From positions 1 through 29,116 of the forward strand of contig JAGLWP010000001.1 in assembly GCA_023133375.1 (NCBI GenBank): a DNA stretch of 29,116 nucleotides, in the 5' to 3' direction. This document shows positions 1-8,782 of this stretch, piece after piece. The translations under genes and the position numbers were made by a program. Source of the stretch: Candidatus Pacearchaeota archaeon. GTDB lineage: Archaea; Nanobdellota; Nanobdellia; Pacearchaeales; GW2011-AR1. How positions within the stretch are numbered: position 1 is the first letter of the stretch; every line of letters starts with the position of its first letter. The notes under the pieces were generated by a model. The model saw only the letters and a list, made by a program, of their open reading frames with translations. It ran no database searches and had not been told where the DNA came from.

Positions 1-5
1 AGTTT

Positions 6-974
6 ATGGATAAGGTGATTTTATTAGCTGACAAAAATTCAAATGCTTGGGACTTTGCTGAAAAAATCCAGACATACATACAGATTAACAAAGGCATTCT
101 TATCCCTCTTCAAGAAGTTTCTATAAAACATTTTGGGAATGAAGAGATTGATATGTATGTTCCAGAAAATGTTAGAAAAAAAGATATTTATTTTATACAG
201 GATTCTTCAAAAAATCCACAGGAGTGGTGGATAGAGCTTCTTTTGTTAAAAGATTTATTGCTTAGTGCTTCTGCTGAAAGTGTTAGTTTTGTTTTACTAG
301 ATATGCTTTATAGTAGACAAGACAGAAAAGATAAACCCCATGTTCCTATTTCAGCTAGGACCTTAGCAAGATCAATCTCTCTTGGTTTAAAAAGGATAAT
401 AACAATGGATTTGCATGCTTCACAAATTCAGGGATTTTATCCTGAAGACCTTCCTTTGGATAATCTCTATAGTTTTCCTGAAGTTGTTCGTTATTTAAAA
501 GAAAACAAAATTGTAGATAATCCAGAAAAGTTGGTTATTCTTTCTCCAGATGCAGGAGGAGTAGACAGGGCAAAAGCCTTTGCTCAAAGATTAAAATCAA
601 AATACCCCATAGCATTTATTGATAAGAGAAGACTAATTGAACACAATAGAGAGATTTCTGAAATGAAATTAGCAGGAGATGTTGCTGATAAAGATGTTTT
701 AATAGTTGATGATATAATTGATTCAGGAGGAACATTATGCAAAGCAGCAAAACTACTCAAAGAAAAAAAAGCTAAAAACTTATTCTGTTATGGAACTCAC
801 GCATTTTTTACAAAAGGAACCAGCGAACTTCATAATTGTTTTGATAAAGTTATGACAAGTAATACACATCATCAAAAAAATAATTATACAGAAGTCATAG
901 ATGTTTCTCCTCTTTTTGCCGAAGCTATTTACCGGGCACAAAAAGGCGAATCTATTTCTAAATTATTTGAATAA
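6..974 (+). CDS. prs: Ribose-phosphate pyrophosphokinase (PRPP synthetase)
   Basis: F-x-N-E-E N-terminal loop, YSRQDRK, TMDLHASQIQGF, SPDAGG, and the PRT motif VLIVDDIIDSGGT. Confidence 0.95.
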   Translation: MDKVILLADKNSNAWDFAEKIQTYIQINKGILIPLQEVSIKHFGNEEIDMYVPENVRKKDIYFIQDSSKNPQEWWIELLLLKDLLLSASAESVSFVLLDMLYSRQDRKDKPHVPISARTLARSISLGLKRIITMDLHASQIQGFYPEDLPLDNLYSFPEVVRYLKENKIVDNPEKLVILSPDAGGVDRAKAFAQRLKSKYPIAFIDKRRLIEHNREISEMKLAGDVADKDVLIVDDIIDSGGTLCKAAKLLKEKKAKNLFCYGTHAFFTKGTSELHNCFDKVMTSNTHHQKNNYTEVIDVSPLFAEAIYRAQKGESISKLFE

Positions 975-1016
975 ATTTTGAATGCAGAATAATAAATAAG
1001 TATTTTTAAAAATAGG

Positions 1017-1071
1017 TGTAGGAGAAGAATACCGAAGCATTCAACATCAACCGAAGTTAATGCCTCCTACA
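1017..1071 (-). ncRNA. Candidate 55 nt structured RNA: three-way junction with two C(UUCG)G hairpins
   Basis: Minus strand reads UGUAGGAG-GCAUUAAC(UUCG)GUUGAUGU-U-GAAUGC(UUCG)GUAUUC-UU-CUCCUACA. It pairs fully only on the minus strand (G-U pairs). TATA box upstream, T-tract downstream. Confidence 0.55.
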
Positions 1072-1092
1072 AATTATTTATTATTTTTTGAG

Positions 1093-1100
1093 TATTTAAA
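1093..1100 (-). promoter_or_regulatory. TATA box (TTTAAATA) for the candidate ncRNA
   Basis: Archaeal TATA consensus ending 21 nt before the first base of the structured element. Confidence 0.45.
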
Positions 1101-1141
1101 TATATTTGATTATTCAATAGTGATAGCAATTAGAGATTTTA

Positions 1142-1225
1142 TGCGGGAGACAGGATTTGAACCTGCGTAGGCACTAAGCCACAGCCTCTTAAGGGCTGCC
1201 CATTTGACCACTCTGGAACCCCCGC
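1142..1225 (-). tRNA. tRNA-Leu(TAA)
   Basis: Acceptor GCGGGGG/CTCCCGC plus discriminator A, anticodon arm CAGCC-CT-TAA-GA-GGCTG, long variable arm, GGTTCAAATCC T-arm. CCA not encoded. Confidence 0.97.
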
Positions 1226-1370
1226 ATAATAGGGCGAACCATTTGACCCGAACAACGTTCACGAGTCTCGCCTCAAAACTGAAACGAGTGAGCTTGTGAG
1301 TTGAAAGTTTTCGCGAACCACAGAGTAGCCCATGATTTGAGCGAAGACTTGAGTTCTCTGGAACCCCCGC
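1211..1370 (-). repeat. Exact 15 bp duplication of the tRNA-Leu 5' end with an intervening hairpin element
   Basis: CTCTGGAACCCCCGC at 1211-1225 and 1356-1370. CCATTTGACC at 1200-1209 and 1239-1248. Imperfect inverted repeat AGTCTCGCCTCAAA (1264-1277) / TTTGAGCGAAGACT (1336-1349). Confidence 0.9.
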
Positions 1371-1422
1371 TTGAATAAACTTCTGAATAGAATTATACTT
1401 AAAAATTTAACGAATAAACTAT

Positions 1423-1650
1423 TTATCCCTTCTTCTCTATCTTAACACCCAACTCTTCAAGACGCTTAAGATGTGCTTGCATAATAGATTCTATGTTCTG
1501 AATCATTTTAATTAATTCATTTCTCTCATTTACTAAGGTGTTCAATGCTCCTTGATGAAAACCTATTTCAGTTTCCTTTGACATCTGTGGAGCTTGCGGT
1601 TCTTTCTTATTCAGCGATTCTTCAAGATTTGCTTTATCTATTTTTACCAT
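1423..1650 (-). CDS. Small hypothetical coiled-coil protein
   Basis: 75 aa ATG ORF with an amphipathic helix, in tandem with the FTR-like gene. Confidence 0.8.
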   Translation of the reverse strand: MVKIDKANLEESLNKKEPQAPQMSKETEIGFHQGALNTLVNERNELIKMIQNIESIMQAHLKRLEELGVKIEKKG

Positions 1651-1693
1651 GTTAATACTTTACAAATTGCCTTATAAAGTTTTGTAAACTAAA

Positions 1694-1981
1694 CTAAGCA
1701 ACAAATAAAAAACACTTGCAATGCCCTTCTGCTTTTATTTCTCCTTTATGAAATACGCAAGGGCAAATAATATCTCTATCTTTCTTTTTATCACCAGTAA
1801 TAACCCTGCATGGACAATAAATTTCACCACGTGTTTCTTTATTTTTTAAAAGTCCTTTTATTAATCCTTCCACTATTTTTTTATCAGGGTTCAATTTTAT
1901 CCCTGCTTTCTGAGCATATTCTTCTGCATATCTCCTTAACTCCTCTGCATTTTCTGAATTGAATTTTTCTTGCATTTTCAT
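1694..1981 (-). CDS. Ferredoxin:thioredoxin reductase catalytic subunit-like Fe-S protein
   Basis: YCPCR, ICPC and HCKC give the six-Cys CPC/CPC/CxC pattern of FTR catalytic chains. Confidence 0.9.
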   Translation of the reverse strand: MKMQEKFNSENAEELRRYAEEYAQKAGIKLNPDKKIVEGLIKGLLKNKETRGEIYCPCRVITGDKKKDRDIICPCVFHKGEIKAEGHCKCFLFVA

Positions 1982-2014
1982 AAACTTTATAATCTCTTTT
2001 CATTTTTATATCTT

Positions 2015-3706
2015 ATGAAAGAGGTAATAGCAAAAGTTCTAAAAAAAGCATTAAAAAAAGTAAAGATTAATTTAAATGAAGAGGAAATTGAAAAACTCAT
2101 AGAAATCCCTCCATCTCAGGAAATGGGAGATTATTCTTTCCCATGTTTTTTTCTTGCTGAAAAACTTAAACAAGAACCAAATCAAATCGCTTTAGAGATA
2201 AGGGAAAAAATCGGAAACCCTCCTGTGATGGATTTCGAGGACGTTCAAACATCAGGACCCTATATTAATTTTTTTTTGAACAGAAAAGATTTTGCAAGAA
2301 AGCTTGTTTGGGAAGTTTTAACTCAAAAAGGAAAGTTTGGAAAAATTAATTTAGGAAAAAGAAAAAAAATCATTGTGGAATTTTCTTCACCAAATATTGC
2401 GAAACCATTTGGGATTGGACATTTAAGATCAACAATCATTGGAAATTCCATAGCGAACATTTGTGAATTTGAAGGATTTAAAGCAATAAGAATGAATTAT
2501 TTGGGGGACTGGGGTGCGCAGTTTGGAAAATTATTATTAGGATATGAAAAATTCGGAAGTGAGACAAAACTGCAAAAAAATCCCATGAAGCATCTTTTGG
2601 AAATTTATGTTAAGATAAATAAAAGCAAGAGATATGAGAAAAAATCAAAAGAATGGTTTAAAAAACTTGAAGAGGGAGATAAGAAAGCATTGATGTTATG
2701 GAAGGTGTTTAAGCAATTAAGCTTACATGATTTTAAAAAAATTTACAAAATTCTCGGCGTGAAATTTGACGATTATACAGGTGAATCTTCATACTCCAAG
2801 AGGATGAAAAAAATTGTAGAAGAATTAAAAGAAAAAAATCTTTTGAAAAAAAGCCAGGGGGCGGAGATTGTGGATCTTAATGAGTTTGGGTTGGGTATTT
2901 GTTTAATAGAAAAAACCGATGGAACAACACTTTATGCAACAAGAGATATTTCTGCAGCCATTGCAAGATACAAAAAATATCAATTTGAAAAAATGATTTA
3001 TGAGGTTGGTCAAGAACAAAATTTATATTTTAGGCAAGTATTCAAAGTTTTGGAGTTGGCGGGTTACAAATGGGCTAAGAATTGTATCCATGCAGGACAC
3101 GGACTTTATTTAGGCAAGGATGGAAAAAAATTTTCAACAAGAAAAGGGAAAACAGTTTTCATAAAAGATATTTTAGAAGAAACAATTTCTTTGGCAAAAA
3201 AAGAAATAAAAAAAAGATTCCCTTCAATCACAAAAAGAAAATTAGAGGAGCGAGCATTAAAAATCGCAATAGCCGCAATATTCTATGGAGATTTGAAAAA
3301 TAGTCGTTCTAATGATATTGTTTTTGACATTAAAAGATTCATTTCTTTTGAAGGAGATACTGGTCCGTATGTGCAGTATAGTTATGCAAGAGCAAGTTCC
3401 ATCTTAAAAAAAACAAAAAACCAAGATAAATTTAAAGTATATGATTTAGAACAAAAAGAACTTGAATTAGTAAAAAAACTTTCACAATTCCCCGACATTG
3501 TTTTGAATTCCTACAAAAATTTGAGTCCGTCAATCATCGCTAATTATTCTTATCAACTCGCAAAAATTTTCAATGAATTTTATCATACTTGCCCAGTAAT
3601 TGGTTCAAAGCAAGAATCATTTCGATTAGCGTTAGTTGAAGCATTCAGGCAAATTTTGAAAAGCGCTCTGCGTCTTTTAGGCATAGATGTAATCGAAGAA
3701 ATGTAA
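2015..3706 (+). CDS. argS: Arginine--tRNA ligase
   Basis: SSPNIAKPFGIGHLRS (HIGH region), YLGDWG, DGTTLYATRD, KFSTRKG, GDTGPYVQYSYARASSIL. Start moved to ATG 2015 to avoid overlap with the divergent gene. Confidence 0.97.
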   Translation: MKEVIAKVLKKALKKVKINLNEEEIEKLIEIPPSQEMGDYSFPCFFLAEKLKQEPNQIALEIREKIGNPPVMDFEDVQTSGPYINFFLNRKDFARKLVWEVLTQKGKFGKINLGKRKKIIVEFSSPNIAKPFGIGHLRSTIIGNSIANICEFEGFKAIRMNYLGDWGAQFGKLLLGYEKFGSETKLQKNPMKHLLEIYVKINKSKRYEKKSKEWFKKLEEGDKKALMLWKVFKQLSLHDFKKIYKILGVKFDDYTGESSYSKRMKKIVEELKEKNLLKKSQGAEIVDLNEFGLGICLIEKTDGTTLYATRDISAAIARYKKYQFEKMIYEVGQEQNLYFRQVFKVLELAGYKWAKNCIHAGHGLYLGKDGKKFSTRKGKTVFIKDILEETISLAKKEIKKRFPSITKRKLEERALKIAIAAIFYGDLKNSRSNDIVFDIKRFISFEGDTGPYVQYSYARASSILKKTKNQDKFKVYDLEQKELELVKKLSQFPDIVLNSYKNLSPSIIANYSYQLAKIFNEFYHTCPVIGSKQESFRLALVEAFRQILKSALRLLGIDVIEEM

Positions 3707-3765
3707 TCAAAATTTATTTAAACTCTTTTTTCTTTAAAAAATTGAAAAGGAGGCAATAAGAATAA

Positions 3766-4209
3766 ATGGTTCAAACAAAAAAGATGAATGAATCTTTCTT
3801 CGCACAACTTTTAAAAGATTTTAATGTTGCAGGAGAATTAATTAGAGCACGTCAAGAGGAAAAACAAGGACTACTTAATGACTTTGATAGCGAATGCAAA
3901 AGATTTTTCTTTGGTAAAATTTCTGAAAGAGCTTTAATGTCCTCTGTAAGGAAAACAAACGATGAACTTCATAGATTAGATGCTGAAATAAGACAGAACA
4001 TAGCAAAATCAAGAAGATTAGCAGATAGGGCAGGAAGACTAACTTCAGCACAAGCACCAATTGGTTTTAGAGCAACACTTTCTGGAATAAGTGGTGGAAA
4101 CAAAAAGAAAATAGTGAAAAAGAGAACTGTGAAAAAGAGAACTCCAAAGAAAACACCTGCAAAGAAAAGAAAAGTTGTGAAGAAGAAAAAAACTACAAGG
4201 AAAAAATAA
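3766..4209 (+). CDS. Hypothetical protein: helical N-terminus and Lys/Arg-rich histone-H1-like tail
   Basis: AGGAGG Shine-Dalgarno upstream; C-terminal KKRTVKKRTPKKTPAKKRKVVKKKKTTRKK. Confidence 0.85.
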   Translation: MVQTKKMNESFFAQLLKDFNVAGELIRARQEEKQGLLNDFDSECKRFFFGKISERALMSSVRKTNDELHRLDAEIRQNIAKSRRLADRAGRLTSAQAPIGFRATLSGISGGNKKKIVKKRTVKKRTPKKTPAKKRKVVKKKKTTRKK

Positions 4210-4290
4210 TTATTTTTTATTTTTAAATCAAAACTTATTTAAACTATATTTTTTTTATACATTCATAGTTAAATAAAAAAGGAGGTAGAA

Positions 4291-4491
4291 ATGGTTGGAA
4301 AAAAAGTGAAAAGTATATTGAATTTTGTTGCATGGCTAACTGGAGTTATTGTTTCATTAGCAGTAGGTTTTGCTATGATTGACGGAGTTCTTTATGTTAG
4401 GTGGTTGCCGGAAATAATAACACAAGTAGCCGGATGGATTGTTATTATAACAACTTTACTTAGTGCAGCATTAGCTCTACTTAAGCAATAA
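4291..4491 (+). CDS. Small two-TM membrane protein
   Basis: GGAGGT Shine-Dalgarno, two hydrophobic helices, long T-tract downstream. Confidence 0.85.
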   Translation: MVGKKVKSILNFVAWLTGVIVSLAVGFAMIDGVLYVRWLPEIITQVAGWIVIITTLLSAALALLKQ

Positions 4492-4583
4492 ACTTCTTTT
4501 TTATTTTATCTTTTTCTTTTTTATTTTATCAGGTAGAGAATTCTATGTAAAATTATTTATGTCTTTCTAATGGGATTTATTTT

Positions 4584-4773
4584 TTATCTCGCCCATCTTC
4601 CTTTAATAGTCGCTCACAAATTCGCGATATTGATATAAACTAATAACCAAAATCCGCATGATAAACCCTCCTTCAAAATTATTTTCACATTAATTATCTT
4701 CTTAGCAGAGCGCCGTGAACTTGTTCTGGCGCGGAGCGAGGTAAATTTAATCTCATAAGATTATAATAAAAAT
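4584..4773. repeat. Intergenic GC-rich palindromic element (family member)
   Basis: Hairpin GCGCC-GTGAAC-TT-GTTC-T-GGCGC. Segment 4735-4773 matches the reverse complement of 15259-15297 at 31/39 positions with no gaps. Confidence 0.65.
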
Positions 4774-4804
4774 ATATGAAAACTATCAGATAATCTCATT
4801 TTAA

Positions 4805-5611
4805 TTATTTCACAGATTTCATATCTTTCCAGGCAAGTTCAAACATTTGTTCTAATGCTTGAGCAAAAAATTCTGTATTAACCCACACCCCAATATCATA
4901 ATTAGGATGAAACTTTTCATCATCAAGAAGCATAAACATTACTTGGTTTGAATCAATAATCATAAATCTTGCTTTCATCTTTTCAAGATTTTTAACTTCT
5001 GCAACTTTTTTAAAATCTCTTGCCACTTTTATATTATTCCCGTCAATGGGAGCAGCAATTCTTATTTTAACCCCTCTCTTTTTGCATCCTTCTAAACTTG
5101 GCATCAATGCTTCAAGTTTTCTATTTAGTCCTTCACTTGTTGTTACAATAGTTATTGTTTTCTCTGCATCTCTTACCATCATATCTAAATGATTGTACAG
5201 GTTCTGTCTCCCCTTCAAACTTCCCGACAAATCAGAAGGTTCTACAAATTTAATACCCTTAGTAAAAAGAGAATTCAATTCCCCCAGGACTTCATCATCT
5301 TTTAATTTATCAAGTCTTTCAGCTCTTTCCTTAGCATGCCTGATTAAATTTTTCTTTACACGTTCAACAACTTCTCCTGGCTTCAGCGCGACAAATTTTA
5401 TTGGCTTCCCAAGTTTCATAATAACAAATCCTTTCTTTTCTAAACTTTCTAAAATATCATAAGTTCTACTTCGAGGAACATCAGAAATATTACTTAACTC
5501 TCCAGCAGTGCTTGTCCCTCGAGAAAGAAGAGCAGTCCAAACTTTTACCTCATATAAATTCAAATCAAAAATTTTCCTTAGTCTGCTTAAAAATTCGTCC
5601 TTTACAATCAT
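4805..5611 (-). CDS. trmB: TrmB-family transcriptional regulator
   Basis: LNLYEVKVWTALL...TAGELSNISDVPRSRTYDILESLEKKGFV winged HTH followed by a TrmB effector domain. Confidence 0.93.
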   Translation of the reverse strand: MIVKDEFLSRLRKIFDLNLYEVKVWTALLSRGTSTAGELSNISDVPRSRTYDILESLEKKGFVIMKLGKPIKFVALKPGEVVERVKKNLIRHAKERAERLDKLKDDEVLGELNSLFTKGIKFVEPSDLSGSLKGRQNLYNHLDMMVRDAEKTITIVTTSEGLNRKLEALMPSLEGCKKRGVKIRIAAPIDGNNIKVARDFKKVAEVKNLEKMKARFMIIDSNQVMFMLLDDEKFHPNYDIGVWVNTEFFAQALEQMFELAWKDMKSVK

Positions 5612-5679
5612 TTTCTTATTTGGTAGTTTTTCTTTTTAAAGATTGTTATGGTGCAAGAGTAAATTTATTCACTTACCAA

Positions 5680-8475
5680 TCAGTAGTTATTTTTTACTCC
5701 AATCCATCCTCTTTTATCTTTAATTTTAAAGTCGGTTTTGTTTTTAAATCTTTCCTTACCAGTTGTAACAATTTCAAGTTTTTTTGAATTAGTCCTGTTT
5801 TTAATAAACTTTTTTTGTTTTTCTAAAATTTTTTGAAATTCCTCGTCGACAATTATGTATGTTTCAACTTTATCTTTTTTTTGCAAACAAAGTTTTTTTC
5901 TAAATGCCTGCACTTTCCTCGACATTTCCCTGGCATAACCTTCTGCTTCAAGTTCTGGTGTAATGTTCGTATCAAATTTAACAGAAATTTCTTTTCCCTT
6001 TTTTATTTTTATTTTTTTAACATTAAGCTGTTTTGCTATTATTTCTTGAAATTTTTTATCAAGCAGATGTCTCGGAGTTGATATTTCTACTTTTGCTAAA
6101 GGCCATTTTAATCCAATCTTTAACTTATCTCTTTCTGCCAACCCCTTTTCAATAATTTGTAACATTGCCTCAAATTCGTTTTCAAGTTTTTTATTTATTT
6201 TTTTTTCATCCACTTTCGGCCATGACGATAAATGCACAGATTCTTTTGAAAATTCCTGATAAATATATTCTGTGATATATGGAGCAAAAGGTGCAAGCAA
6301 TAATGAAACTTTTTTTAAAATTTCCTCAACAATCTTTTTTGTGTCCTTTCTGTCTCTCACAATTTTTATATACACTCGGGAAAAATCCTGAACAACAAAA
6401 TCTGAAATTTTTTGAAAAGAAATATTCAGTTTATAATTTTCAAGTTCTTTAGTAGCGTCTTTGATTAATGTGTTCAATTTACTTAATATCCATTTGTCTT
6501 CAATTTGCATGCTTGTTTTTTTATTATCTAATTGATTATAATAATTATAAGAATTATACAACACAGTCAAAAAAGGAATTACAGATTCTTTCATAAGTTC
6601 ATAAGAGAACCTTTTTGAATTTCCCGGCTCATTTATGCAGAATTGCAATCTGATTGTATCAACTCCTGTTTTGTCAATTATTTCTTTTGGGATTAGGATG
6701 TTCCCTTTACTTTTACTCATTTTCTCACCATGTTCGTCCAAAATATGACCCGCGCAAATTACATTTTTATAAGCAGGTTTATCAAATAAAATGGCAGCCA
6801 AAACATGCAGCGTATAAAACCATCCTCTTGTTTGATCAATTGCTTCTGAAATAAAATCATATGGAAATCTTTTTTCAAATTCTTTTTTATTTTCAAAAGG
6901 ATAATGAAACTGGGCAAAGCTTGCTCCACCAGAATCATACCAACAGTCAATTACATCTGGAATTCTAGTCATTTCTTTTCCGCATTTACATTTGAGTTTG
7001 ATGTTATCAATATTCGGTTTATGTAAATCAATTTCCCCTTTTATTTTTTTGGAAGCATTTTCCTTCAACTCTTTGATGCTCCCTATAATTTTATTTTCAC
7101 CGCACTCACATTGCCAAATCGGTAAAGGAGTTCCCCAGAATTTAAATCTGGATAATGCCCAATCTTTCGCTCCCTCAAGCCATTTCCCAAATCTTCCATC
7201 TTTTATGTGCGCTGGCTCCCACTTAATTTGCTTGTTTAATCTCATTAATTTATCTCTAATTTTACTTACACTAATAAACCAAGAATTTATTGCATAGTAC
7301 AATAAAGGAGAATCACATCTCCAGCAAAAAGGATAAGAATGTAATGTTTTTTCTGTTTTAAAAAGTAAATGTCTCTTTTTCAAATCCTCTTTAATTAATT
7401 TTTCAGCATCTTTGACAAATATTCCCTTCCATTGAGAAACCATATCTAAAAATCTCCCGTCTTGCCCGACAGTATGAACTGCCGGAAGACCAAATTTCAT
7501 ACCAATATCATAATCATCTTCCCCGTACATTACCGCAGTATGAACAACTCCACTTCCTTCTTCTGTTGTAACAAAATCTGCAGGAATTATTTTATGCGAA
7601 TTCTCATTTTGCAATTCCTTGATATCAAATAAAGCTTCATATTTTAACCCAACTAAATCTTTTCCTTTCATTTCTTCAATAATTTTGTATTTGGTTTTGA
7701 TTAAATTAATTTTATCTTTCCCCAGGATTAATTTATCTCCATCAGGAAGTTTCACTTTAACATAATCAATTTTTTCGCCAACAGCCAAAGCCACATTTCC
7801 AGGTAATGTCCAGGGCGTTGTTGTCCAAACCAGAATATATTCATCTTTTTTTTCTTTTAATTTAAATGCAATATAAATTGATTCTTCTGTAATATCTTTA
7901 TAACCCTGAGCAACCTCATGACTTGATAACGGCGTTCCACATCTCGGGCAAAAAGGCACAACTTTGTATCCTTCATACAACATTTTCTTTTTGTAAAGTT
8001 CCTTAAGACTCCACCAGATACTTTCAACATAATCATTTTCAAGAGTTACATAAGGATTTTTTAAATCAATCCAATAAGCCAGTTCTTCTGTTGATTTACT
8101 CCAGTCCCCAATATTAGAAAAAACACTGGCCCTGCATTTTTTTATGAATTTATCTATTCCATATTTTATTATATCTTTTTTATCAGCTAAATTAAGGCTT
8201 TTCTCAATTTGAACTTCAACAGGTAAGCCATGACAGTCCCATCCTCCTTTTCTTGGCACTGAAAAACCTTGCATAAATTTAAATTTACAAATAATATCTT
8301 TGAAAGTTCTAACTTCTAAATGATGTAATCCCGGGGGAGCATTTGCAGTTGGAGGTCCTTCTAAAAAAGAAAACAAAGGTTTGTTTGGGTTATTTTGCGT
8401 AACGAGCTCTATCTTTTTTTTATATTTCTTCCAGACTTTTTTTGCTTTTTCTTCTGCTTTTTTGAAATCATACAT
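5680..8475 (-). CDS. ileS: Isoleucine--tRNA ligase (IleRS2 type)
   Basis: EGPPTAN...GLHH, GWDCHGLPVE, WTTTPWTLPGN, EAIDQTRGWF, KMSKSKGN. Confidence 0.97.
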   Translation of the reverse strand: MYDFKKAEEKAKKVWKKYKKKIELVTQNNPNKPLFSFLEGPPTANAPPGLHHLEVRTFKDIICKFKFMQGFSVPRKGGWDCHGLPVEVQIEKSLNLADKKDIIKYGIDKFIKKCRASVFSNIGDWSKSTEELAYWIDLKNPYVTLENDYVESIWWSLKELYKKKMLYEGYKVVPFCPRCGTPLSSHEVAQGYKDITEESIYIAFKLKEKKDEYILVWTTTPWTLPGNVALAVGEKIDYVKVKLPDGDKLILGKDKINLIKTKYKIIEEMKGKDLVGLKYEALFDIKELQNENSHKIIPADFVTTEEGSGVVHTAVMYGEDDYDIGMKFGLPAVHTVGQDGRFLDMVSQWKGIFVKDAEKLIKEDLKKRHLLFKTEKTLHSYPFCWRCDSPLLYYAINSWFISVSKIRDKLMRLNKQIKWEPAHIKDGRFGKWLEGAKDWALSRFKFWGTPLPIWQCECGENKIIGSIKELKENASKKIKGEIDLHKPNIDNIKLKCKCGKEMTRIPDVIDCWYDSGGASFAQFHYPFENKKEFEKRFPYDFISEAIDQTRGWFYTLHVLAAILFDKPAYKNVICAGHILDEHGEKMSKSKGNILIPKEIIDKTGVDTIRLQFCINEPGNSKRFSYELMKESVIPFLTVLYNSYNYYNQLDNKKTSMQIEDKWILSKLNTLIKDATKELENYKLNISFQKISDFVVQDFSRVYIKIVRDRKDTKKIVEEILKKVSLLLAPFAPYITEYIYQEFSKESVHLSSWPKVDEKKINKKLENEFEAMLQIIEKGLAERDKLKIGLKWPLAKVEISTPRHLLDKKFQEIIAKQLNVKKIKIKKGKEISVKFDTNITPELEAEGYAREMSRKVQAFRKKLCLQKKDKVETYIIVDEEFQKILEKQKKFIKNRTNSKKLEIVTTGKERFKNKTDFKIKDKRGWIGVKNNY

Positions 8476-8567
8476 CTTTTTATATGGTATTTTATATTTT
8501 TAAAATGATTGACTCAAAATAAATTAAAAAGCAAACCTTTAAAAATGTAAAAGCCAGCAAATTTAAT

Positions 8568-8780
8568 ATGAGTATTAATGAAAAGTTGGATATTAATGAA
8601 AAAATTGAGAACCTATGTGAAGAGGATAGAGAAAAATTCCAGAAAAATCTAACTTGTGTTTTAGGAGATGATCATTCGTTATCTCTTCGTGGAGTGGATG
8701 ATTCTAACTATGACGAAGAAACAATAAAGACAATATTATATCAGGAAATGTTTGAAGGAGACTTTTCCCATCTATACTGA
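8568..8780 (+). CDS. Small acidic hypothetical protein
   Basis: 70 aa ATG ORF filling the gap between ileS and dph5. Confidence 0.6.
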   Translation: MSINEKLDINEKIENLCEEDREKFQKNLTCVLGDDHSLSLRGVDDSNYDEETIKTILYQEMFEGDFSHLY

Positions 8781-8782
8781 TT

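Noticed and set aside
1017-1071. c-di-GMP (GEMM) riboswitch or degenerate tRNA gene
   Set aside because: No GNRA tetraloop/receptor pair, not in a 5' UTR, and no anticodon arm or TTC loop.
1226-1370. Split tRNA or canonical intron-containing tRNA
   Set aside because: An intact tRNA-Leu follows, the upstream copy lacks anticodon and T arms, and I could not find a bulge-helix-bulge motif by eye.
3082-8042. Short ORFs 3082-3303, 3875-4060, 5193-5462, 5512-5787, 5833-6081, 6654-6854, 6759-6950, 6992-7297, 7857-8042
   Set aside because: Antisense or out-of-frame shadows of well-supported genes, with no protein-like motifs.
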